Of a stretch of 64,000 nt of DNA, positions 47,442 through 54,470 are shown one piece after another. A program made the position numbers and the translations under genes. The stretch is from Paludibacteraceae bacterium (GTDB taxonomy: Bacteria; Bacteroidota; Bacteroidia; Bacteroidales; Paludibacteraceae): positions 43 to 64,042 of the forward strand of contig JAILMN010000030.1 of NCBI GenBank assembly GCA_024692565.1, given 5' to 3'. Every line of letters begins with the position of its first letter. Positions within the stretch are counted from its first letter, which is position 1. The notes under the pieces were generated by a model that worked only from the letters and a program-made list of their open reading frames with translations, was not told where the DNA came from and did no database searches.

Positions 47442-47540
47442 CGTTAACTCCTCGTTAACTCTCGTGCAAAAGTAATCGGAGTTTTATCGGTATTACATCG
47501 GAGGTAAATCGGGGTTTTATCGAGGTTTTGTCGGGTTGTC
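47442..47540. repeat. 11-bp phased array, 9 units (CGTTAACTCNY x2, a -7-like unit, ATCGGNGNTTT x6)
   Basis: cgttaactcct cgttaactctc gtgcaaaagta atcggagtttt atcggtattac atcggaggtaa atcggggtttt atcgaggtttt gtcgggttgtc, in an unbroken 11-bp register. Confidence 0.85.
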
Positions 47541-47654
47541 GTTGGAAGATGATCCCGTGATGGTATTGTTATTCACAGCTTGCCAGCCCTGCCAGCCTAT
47601 AACAAAAATAAATAAATTCCTTTTTTAGAAAAAATTATTAATGATAGCCTGCCC

Positions 47655-47690
47655 GCCATGCCCCATATAATAGCATGGCTTTTATTTTTT
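47655..47690 (+). terminator. orphan plus-strand intrinsic terminator
   Basis: GCCATGC-cccatataata-GCATGGC followed by TTTTATTTTTTTT. No plus-strand ORF lies upstream. Confidence 0.5.
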
Positions 47691-47801
47691 TTATTATTAT
47701 TTTATTATATGTGTCCGATTTTCGCACACTATTGCACGAAATCCGTACAAACACGCACGATTTCCGTTCATGCGTGTCCGGTATCCGTTCATTTGGAAGC
47801 C

Positions 47802-48155
47802 TTAAAACGGCACATTAGTACCCTCTGCATCTGAAAAAGTGTCCGGATTTCGGACAATGGGCTTTTCCGGCTCTACTTTAGAAGGCAAATCACGATGGAA
47901 GTTGCTGAGAATGAAGCCGTTACAGTGACGGATGTAGGCTTTCTCTTCCAGGCGATTAATGATGTCATTCATAGTAGACGGGCTCACATGCAGCACTTTC
48001 GCCAAGCGTCTGGTAGATCCGCGCCAGCCTTGCTTACCCAACTCTTCCGAATTGGTCAAACCATTGATATACGCGAATACTGCGACGTCGGTGAGGGACA
48101 GCCCCAACTCCTCCAACATCCAACTCTGTATCGAAAAATAAAAACTCTTAGCCAT
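47802..48155 (-). CDS. winged-helix DNA-binding protein (mobile-element type)
   Basis: Start at MAKSFYFSIQSWMLEELGLSLTDVAVFAYINGL with a MarR/replication-initiator-like wHTH. Canonical -7 box upstream. Confidence 0.5.
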   Translation of the reverse strand: MAKSFYFSIQSWMLEELGLSLTDVAVFAYINGLTNSEELGKQGWRGSTRRLAKVLHVSPSTMNDIINRLEEKAYIRHCNGFILSNFHRDLPSKVEPEKPIVRNPDTFSDAEGTNVPF

Positions 48156-48175
48156 GATCGTTTTCAAATCTGCTG

Positions 48176-48207
48176 CAAAGGTACAACAAATTTTTGGAAT
48201 GTGCAAG
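48176..48207 (-). promoter_or_regulatory. wHTH gene promoter (-33 CTTG / -7 TACCTTTG)
   Basis: CTTGCACATTCCAAAAATTTGTTGTACCTTTGCAGC with a 20-nt spacer. Confidence 0.65.
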
Positions 48208-48220
48208 GATTGTTACAGAA

Positions 48221-48257
48221 AAATAATACAGGCTTGATAATATAGCCTGTATTATTT
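48221..48257 (-). terminator. terminator retained downstream of the tail remnant
   Basis: AAATAATACAGGC-ttgataatata-GCCTGTATTATTT is a 13-bp perfect stem. A T-run follows on the minus strand. Confidence 0.7.
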
Positions 48258-48281
48258 GGAGTTAGAGTGTGTGAGGATTCT

Positions 48282-48365
48282 TTATTTGACCTCTTGACCG
48301 GTGAGGGTGTAGGTCTTCTCCCCGCGGAGGATGAGGATTTGGCCGTTGACGAGGATGAAAATGTG
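48282..48365 (-). pseudogene. orphan 3' remnant of a surface-protein gene (conserved C-terminal tail only)
   Basis: Minus strand reads ...IFILVNGQILILRGEKTYTLTGQEVK*. 22 nt (48313-48334) are identical to 49632-49653 in the LRR gene tail. No upstream ORF, and its terminator hairpin is retained. Confidence 0.65.
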
Positions 48366-48477
48366 AAATTTTGGCAAATCGGCTCAAAAAAGTAAGATTT
48401 TTTGCATTTTTTGATTCAATTTGAGCCGATTATTCAAATATTTTTTGTAATTTTGCACCGATTTTACAATTTGGCTT

Positions 48478-49512
48478 ATGGAAACAGCACGAGAAATACT
48501 GCAATTTTTGCACTATCATCCTTCTTCTTCGCGTGAAGAAATCCGAACAGGTATCGGTTTTGAAGAAAGCGATGCGACTCTCAAAAGGACTATTGCTGCC
48601 GGAGTAGAAAAAGGAGACATTGTTGTTGGAGGAAAAGCGCGCGCGACGCGTTATTCCTTGTCTAATCGCGCGCATTTGTTAATGCCGCTGAATTTGGACA
48701 CCTATTTTGCGCAAGAGACTGATGAGCGACAAGTGCAGACGAGTTTTAATTTTGCACTTATAAATGAGCGACTTCCGCAAGTATCGCTCTTTACGGAGGA
48801 TGAATTGGCGCGTTTGAATGCGTTACAAGCAGAGTTCCGCGCACACTTGGCAGATATGAGTGAGAGTGAATATCGCAAGGAAATGGAACGATTGGGTATT
48901 GACCTGAGTTGGAAATCCTCGCAGATAGAGGGAAACACCTATTCGCTGCTGGAGACAGAACGTCTGTTGCGCGAAAGTAAGACCGCGGAGGGGAAAACCA
49001 AAGAGGAAGCAGTAATGCTTTTGAATCATAAGGATGCTTTGCGGTTTGTATTGGACAATCCGGATTATTTGCAGACACTGACCATTGGTCATATAGAGGA
49101 CATTCATCAACTATTGACCAAAGAATTGTCGGTAGATACTGGTTTGCGGCATCGCCGTGTGGGTATAACCGGTACGCAATACAGACCATTGGACAATGAG
49201 TTTCAGATCCGTGAAGCGATGTGTGATACCTGCGAACTCATTAATAGCCGTACGAACGTGTTTGATAAAGGCTTGTTGGCTCTGTTGCTGCTGAGTTATA
49301 TTCAGCCGTTCATGGACGGCAATAAGCGCACGGCACGTATTACGAGCAATGCTTTGCTGATTGCGAATGGTTATTGCCCACTCTCTTTTAGAACGGTGGA
49401 TTCGATTGATTATAAGAAGGCTATGCTCATTTTCTACGAGCAAAACAACTTGCACGCCTTTAAGCAAATCTTCATTGACCAATATGAATTTGCCGTAAGG
49501 GAATACTTCTAA
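48478..49512 (+). CDS. Fic family protein with N-terminal wHTH; catalytic His replaced by Gln
   Basis: Fic loop reads QPFMDGNKRTAR (CAG at 49303-49305) instead of HPFxDGNxR. An SSQIEGN inhibitory-helix-like motif is present. Confidence 0.85.
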   Translation: METAREILQFLHYHPSSSREEIRTGIGFEESDATLKRTIAAGVEKGDIVVGGKARATRYSLSNRAHLLMPLNLDTYFAQETDERQVQTSFNFALINERLPQVSLFTEDELARLNALQAEFRAHLADMSESEYRKEMERLGIDLSWKSSQIEGNTYSLLETERLLRESKTAEGKTKEEAVMLLNHKDALRFVLDNPDYLQTLTIGHIEDIHQLLTKELSVDTGLRHRRVGITGTQYRPLDNEFQIREAMCDTCELINSRTNVFDKGLLALLLLSYIQPFMDGNKRTARITSNALLIANGYCPLSFRTVDSIDYKKAMLIFYEQNNLHAFKQIFIDQYEFAVREYF

Positions 49513-49519
49513 AACAAAC

Positions 49520-49551
49520 ACACGGGCGACTCATTATTGAGCCGCCCGTGT
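49520..49551. terminator. bidirectional terminator between the convergent Fic and LRR genes
   Basis: ACACGGGCGaCTCA-ttat-TGAGcCGCCCGTGT. Confidence 0.7.
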
Positions 49552-49600
49552 TGTTAAATCACAAATTTGAAATTATAAATCTCAAATGTGAAACTCGGTT

Positions 49601-52600
49601 TCACTTTACCTCTTGTCCCGTAACGGTATATGTCTTCTCCCCGCGGAGGATGAAGATTTGACCGTTGCGGATGAATTTTTGAGCACCGTTAATGTTGGCG
49701 GGCATATCGTCTATGCCCTGCGAAGCAGGCATGGTGAATTGAACCGATTGCTCAAACAATTTGGTGTCAGAGTCATCTTTTGCCGTCACGGAATAGGTGT
49801 AGGTTGCGCCTGCTTCCATTCCTGTAACGGTATAAGTCCAACCCTTTCCGGCTTGCGTTGCAGCGACTACATTTCTACCATCCTTATTGCGGGCAGGGGC
49901 TGCGAACCGGATAGCCAGCAATTGTCCATTCTCATTGAAGACCAGAGTACAGATGATTTCTCCGTTTTTAGCAATCTCAATGGTATATATAGTTGCGCCC
50001 TCCACGGCCGGCCATGCAATAACAACACTTCCGTCTTCGGTAGGAGTAGCCGTTACTTCCGTTGTTTGCGTTTCCTCTGCCTGACCATGCACTTCTTTCG
50101 GAGTGCCTTTGTAGGTGGCTTTATAGGTAAAATCTTTGATGGCTGGAGAGATAGTAGGCGTCCAACCTCTAAACTCGTAGGTATAGTACTCGTCATCTGC
50201 ACGCATAGGCGTTGCGCCAGTATATTCAGGCGTTGTGGCAAACTCGACAGGTGAACTCTGCAATTCTGTGCCATCCCAGTTGATGAAACGGATGGTATAA
50301 TAGGTCTTTTCGCTGGTCCGTTCGAGGATTTCGAAAGTACCGTTGGATATTTCCGGAGTAGATTGGTTGTAAACAGAAAGTTTACCTACTATTTTCACTT
50401 TATCTCCCACATTCGGAGCTTCATCAGCAGTCTCACATTTGGCGCTATAAGCCTCAAATACTTTGCCGCCGTCTTTCGTGTCGGCCATCCAGAAAGAAAC
50501 ACTCTTAAACGAGGAACTCCAAAGGTAAACGTATTCTGTAACATAACCAACAACTGTTACCTCATCGGTGCTTCCTCCAAGTGCCGCTTCTCGAGCTTCA
50601 GTACAGGTCATCGCACCTTCCGGCAGTTCTCCCGCTGAACAATCAACGATAGTTACCGTTCTCTTTTCACCGGATAGACTATTTAACTTGTAGCAAGTGC
50701 TTGCTGTTACATCGTTGATATCTACGGTCTGATCTCCTTCTCCATTAGTCCAAATGATATTTACCGATTTGATAGAAGAAGCGAAGGTGTAACTGTACCA
50801 ACCGTCCGTATTAGTGACGGCTATACCAGGCCATTCATATCCGGAAATACCATCGCCCCAGTAGAACAACTTGACAACATCCCAAGCAGCTGCGCTGGAT
50901 GCTTGCAAACGAACGGTTATTGATTCTGCACACTTCGAGTCTTGCCAATCACTAATCCTTACATAGGCAAGGCCCGAATTCGTTATGACAATATTTCCAT
51001 CGTCATCAATTGAGGCGTTCGCTGTCGTTTTCGCGTCAATAACAGAGTAATTTATGGCCTGACCTTCCCAATAGTTATCGTCTGGATAAATCAAACATAT
51101 TTTACCTATCAGGCCGATTGTGCCGAGTTTGTAGGTCGCCTTATACCAAGTTCGCGTTCCTTCAATCTTAGTGAATTTAATGCACTCATCTGTAGAAGCA
51201 TTTACTTTTGTTTCGCCAACGTAAGTGTTTGGACTGCTCCAAGTTGAACCATCCATTGTTCCTTTGAACGCAATGCCGTTACATTCAGAACCTTCAGGAA
51301 TGTTAATAACGATTGTCGCATAACCCTCTGCGGGGGAAGTTACTGTCACATCGTCAACTTCATCCCCACTTACTCTTTCAAGAATTTCGAAGGTGCCACC
51401 GGCATCTATTCCGGGTGTAGTGGAATTATACACAGTGAGTTTGCCTGTAACTTTCACTTTATCACCAACAACCGGTGCCTCTGCCTGAGTTGCGCAATTA
51501 ATGCGGTAAGCTTCTAACACTTTTCCTCCGTCCTTGTTGTCGGCCATCCAGAAAGAGATGTTTTTGTACGTAGCATCCCAAGCAAAAAGGATGTCAGTCA
51601 CGTATCCTATAACACTCACCTCGTCCGTCCTGCCACCTAACGCAGCCTCACGAGCCTCAGCGCAGGTCATTGAGGAATCGTTTTGTTTATATAGGGCAGT
51701 TACCGTCAAGTCGGATGTTACATTACTAAACTCTTTGTCCCAACCGGTAAATGTATAGCCTTCGCGAATTGGATCTGCTGGTGAAGTAGCATCTTGTAAG
51801 TATTCAACTGTATCTACTTTTAGTATTGATGCATCCCAGTCCACAAATTGTACGATATATGTGTTAATTGAATATTGCGCAGTTACCGTCAAGTCGGATG
51901 TCACATTACTAAAGTCCTTATCCCAACCTGCAAAGGTATAGCCTTTGCGGGTCGGGTCTACAGGGGCAGTAGCAGATTGGCCATATTCAACAGTGTCGGT
52001 TTTCAGTATTGTTCCGTCCCAATCTAAAAATATAAGGGTATAATACGTCGTACCTCCTATAGCCCTTATATTAGTGAAGTCTTTCCACGAATCTGCTGCT
52101 TTGTAAGCCGCTACACTCTCTGCCGGGACGTAAACGGGAATCTTTTTATCCACCATGTTGAATGCATTAGTAGCACAAGTGGGAGGGACATCCGCCTCGC
52201 AGGTGATACTCGTTAGACCGCTACAATTATAGAAAGCTTCGAACGAAATACTTGTCACACTACTTGGCATAGTGATACTTGTCAAACCGGAGCAATAAGC
52301 GAAAGTCCTCTCTCCAATGCTTGTGACGCTGTTGCCAATTGTTACACTCGTCAGACCAGAGCAATCACTGAAAGCCTCATCACCTATACTTGTGACACTA
52401 TTAGGAATAGTCACACTTGATAGATTTGAGCAGTAAGAAAAAGCACTATTTCCAATGTTTGTGACGCTGTTAGGAATACTAATATTCCCTGTCGCGGCAT
52501 AAGAACATGCAGAAAGACTTGTTTTCGAATTGTCACTATAAACAAACAACCCGTCTACATAGCCCCCAACTGTTCGTGCACCGGTCCATTCATTATCCCA

Positions 52601-53473
52601 TATTTTTGCAGTATAAACAACATTTGGCACAAGCTGGAAAGCCATTTCTTCAATATCTGTTACACTACTAGGAATAATTAAATTCATCAAACTCAAACAT
52701 AATGCGAAAGTCCAAGCTCCAATGCTTGTGACGGTATTGGGAATTTCAATACTCGTTAGACTCTCGCAGTCTTGAAAAGCACCGCCTCCAATGCTAGTGA
52801 CACTGCTGGGAATGGTCACACTCGTCAAACTGGAGCAATTATAGAAAGCACTACTTCCAATGCTAGTGACACTGCTGGGAATGGTCACACTCGTCAAACT
52901 GGAGCAATTATAGAAAGCACCACTTCCAATGCTAGTGACACTGCTGGGAATGGTCACACTTAATAGACCAGAGCAACCATAGAAAGCATTACTTCCAATC
53001 CATTTGGTTCCTTCTTTTATGGTATATGTAGTCAGCGATTCGTCCGCGGCGCACACTAAGTATGTATCTGCATAGCGTAGATTATCAATCACAGGAAGAC
53101 TTATACAATCTCTAAACGCCTCATCACCTATACTTGTGACACTATTAGGAATAGTCACACTTGATAGATCTGAGCAGTAAGAAAAAGCACCGCCTCCAAT
53201 GCTAGTGACACTGCTGGGAATGGTCACACTCGTCAAACTGGAGCAATTATAGAAAGCACCGCCTCCAATGCTAGTGACACTATAAGTTACACTATTATAA
53301 GTAACCGAAGAGGGAATAACGACTTCACCTGAATAACTACCGCCCTTGGTTACTTCTGCTGTCCGGCCATTAGCATCCAAATTGTATGCGATGCCATCTA
53401 TAGTAACTGAGGCATTGATAATTCCTACGCTGGCTACCAGCACGAGGAATAAAGAAAAAAGCTTTGTTTTCAT
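49601..53473 (-). CDS. BspA-type leucine-rich repeat surface protein with Listeria-Bacteroides repeats, duplicated OB-like domains and a conserved C-terminal tail
   Basis: Signal peptide MKTKLFSLFLVLVASVGIINA. More than 15 23-aa LRR units (SVTIPSSVTSIGxxAFxxCSSLT). GYTFxGWD repeats x3. An alternative start lies at 53485. Confidence 0.85.
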   Translation of the reverse strand: MKTKLFSLFLVLVASVGIINASVTIDGIAYNLDANGRTAEVTKGGSYSGEVVIPSSVTYNSVTYSVTSIGGGAFYNCSSLTSVTIPSSVTSIGGGAFSYCSDLSSVTIPNSVTSIGDEAFRDCISLPVIDNLRYADTYLVCAADESLTTYTIKEGTKWIGSNAFYGCSGLLSVTIPSSVTSIGSGAFYNCSSLTSVTIPSSVTSIGSSAFYNCSSLTSVTIPSSVTSIGGGAFQDCESLTSIEIPNTVTSIGAWTFALCLSLMNLIIPSSVTDIEEMAFQLVPNVVYTAKIWDNEWTGARTVGGYVDGLFVYSDNSKTSLSACSYAATGNISIPNSVTNIGNSAFSYCSNLSSVTIPNSVTSIGDEAFSDCSGLTSVTIGNSVTSIGERTFAYCSGLTSITMPSSVTSISFEAFYNCSGLTSITCEADVPPTCATNAFNMVDKKIPVYVPAESVAAYKAADSWKDFTNIRAIGGTTYYTLIFLDWDGTILKTDTVEYGQSATAPVDPTRKGYTFAGWDKDFSNVTSDLTVTAQYSINTYIVQFVDWDASILKVDTVEYLQDATSPADPIREGYTFTGWDKEFSNVTSDLTVTALYKQNDSSMTCAEAREAALGGRTDEVSVIGYVTDILFAWDATYKNISFWMADNKDGGKVLEAYRINCATQAEAPVVGDKVKVTGKLTVYNSTTPGIDAGGTFEILERVSGDEVDDVTVTSPAEGYATIVINIPEGSECNGIAFKGTMDGSTWSSPNTYVGETKVNASTDECIKFTKIEGTRTWYKATYKLGTIGLIGKICLIYPDDNYWEGQAINYSVIDAKTTANASIDDDGNIVITNSGLAYVRISDWQDSKCAESITVRLQASSAAAWDVVKLFYWGDGISGYEWPGIAVTNTDGWYSYTFASSIKSVNIIWTNGEGDQTVDINDVTASTCYKLNSLSGEKRTVTIVDCSAGELPEGAMTCTEAREAALGGSTDEVTVVGYVTEYVYLWSSSFKSVSFWMADTKDGGKVFEAYSAKCETADEAPNVGDKVKIVGKLSVYNQSTPEISNGTFEILERTSEKTYYTIRFINWDGTELQSSPVEFATTPEYTGATPMRADDEYYTYEFRGWTPTISPAIKDFTYKATYKGTPKEVHGQAEETQTTEVTATPTEDGSVVIAWPAVEGATIYTIEIAKNGEIICTLVFNENGQLLAIRFAAPARNKDGRNVVAATQAGKGWTYTVTGMEAGATYTYSVTAKDDSDTKLFEQSVQFTMPASQGIDDMPANINGAQKFIRNGQIFILRGEKTYTVTGQEVK
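52788..52965 (-). repeat. near-perfect 69-bp (23-codon LRR) tandem units x2.6
   Basis: The unit ccaatgctagtgacactgctgggaatggtcacactcgtcaaactggagcaattatagaaagcac... restarts at 52788, 52857 and 52926. Confidence 0.9.
53196..53282 (-). repeat. second block of the same 69-bp LRR unit
   Basis: The same unit restarts at 53196 and 53265, about 270 bp from the first block. Confidence 0.9.
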
Positions 53474-54090
53474 TATTCTATACATTTAAGTTCAACAATA
53501 TGTATTCCTGCCGGACAATAGAAATCGTCTACTAATTGTTTATAATCGGGGATATCACTAAAATCCGTCCATCTGTTATTCCTCTGCGTTATTCTCTTAT
53601 TTTCTGATTGCAATATTCGAGCAATATGCATTTTGTCAAGGATTTTCATTACATCATCCGGGCACAAAGGAGATTGGTGATTCTCAAGCACTTTTATAAC
53701 ATCAGAAACAGGAGTTATATGTTCAGAGATGAATATTTTATTGAAAGGAGTTTTTTTGCCTTCCTCTATAATAATACTCTCTCCTATTTCCATTGTATCA
53801 TCCAATTTATTAATGTCGATTTGTTGTTGGAAAGTAAATTTTCGGATATCATCATCTGTTATAGAGTCCCAAACCTTCTTTGCCGCTTCAGATATATGCC
53901 AATGATCTTGAGGTATAATATATTGGCGTACAGCTTGGTTTAACAAGTATCCAAATTGAATAGGGTTGTTTTTAAATACCTTTTTTGCATCAAGCAATGA
54001 AATGATTGTATCTACAAGTGGCTTGTTCCTGCAGATTCTTTCTTCTTCTGACATTTCTACAGGATAGAATGCAGTTTGATTTTTTGTCAT
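53473..54090 (-). CDS. hypothetical protein (weak EHxxP...N nuclease-like motif)
   Basis: 205-aa ORF that looks AT-rich relative to flanks. Its stop shares one nt with the LRR ATG (TAATG). ISEHITPV...ARILQSENKR is faintly DUF1524/HNH-like. No confident family. Confidence 0.55.
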   Translation of the reverse strand: MTKNQTAFYPVEMSEEERICRNKPLVDTIISLLDAKKVFKNNPIQFGYLLNQAVRQYIIPQDHWHISEAAKKVWDSITDDDIRKFTFQQQIDINKLDDTMEIGESIIIEEGKKTPFNKIFISEHITPVSDVIKVLENHQSPLCPDDVMKILDKMHIARILQSENKRITQRNNRWTDFSDIPDYKQLVDDFYCPAGIHIVELKCIE

Positions 54091-54179
54091 AGTATTAAAT
54101 TTTAGTTCGCCTCCATTTTGATATTAGGGAGGAGGCGTTATCCTTTGTATTAGTTTTAATGTTCGCGCATATACATACG

Positions 54180-54211
54180 AAAAAGCGTGAAGTTCACTTG
54201 TTCTTCACGCT
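54180..54211 (-). terminator. intrinsic terminator ending the structured leader
   Basis: Minus strand AGCGTGAAG-aacaagtgaa-CTTCACGCT followed by TTTTT, 90 nt upstream of the ORF205 ATG. Confidence 0.7.
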
Positions 54212-54470
54212 AATCCAGGGCTTCGCAATCCCCTCTTACAGTAGAAAAACAACCGAATTCCACGCCCGATATGTATAACCCACCTCGCCCTCGCGGGCGT
54301 GGAGTATCTAACATACCCACATGGACATTCATTGCGGTTGTCACGACTGTAAGATGAATTTTGCGAAGATTCGGATTAGTCGCAAACAACGTTAATAAAC
54401 GCCTTTTTATGTACTCACTTTTTTACACTGTTGAGCCCAGTGGTATTGGTTCAAAAACCTTTGCGGCTGC
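54180..54470 (-). ncRNA. structured 5' leader / candidate cis-regulatory RNA ending in an intrinsic terminator
   Basis: A canonical promoter (54470-54501) is followed by about 290 nt with no ORF. It holds nested long-range helices, competing hairpins and the terminator at 54180-54211. Confidence 0.45.

Noticed and set aside
48377-48431. The 12-bp inverted repeat around the Fic promoter as an invertible-promoter (shufflon-type) switch.
   Set aside because: No site-specific recombinase is adjacent, and the 31-bp segment between the arms is too short to carry a full promoter. It is mentioned only as a possible operator under the remnant finding.
49601-49693. Calling the shared C-terminal tail a standard T9SS type A or B C-terminal domain.
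   Set aside because: Only about 30 residues are conserved between the three proteins, and the upstream regions differ. Without a profile search I cannot justify the assignment, so it is reported as an unnamed tail instead.
54180-54470. Type III toxin-antitoxin (ToxIN-like) reading of promoter, non-coding RNA, terminator, then ORF205.
   Set aside because: The overall layout fits. However, the RNA contains no tandem direct repeats, which are the hallmark of type III antitoxins, and ORF205 shows no resemblance to ToxN/AbiQ-type sequences that I can recall. The idea is kept only as a remote possibility.
54180-54470. Retron msr/msd, group II intron fragment, tmRNA, RNase P RNA or SRP RNA.
   Set aside because: There is no reverse transcriptase nearby. 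None of the signature sequences I know is present: the RNase P GGAAAGUCCGG core, the tmRNA tag ORF with tRNA-like ends, or the SRP GGAA/AGCA motifs.
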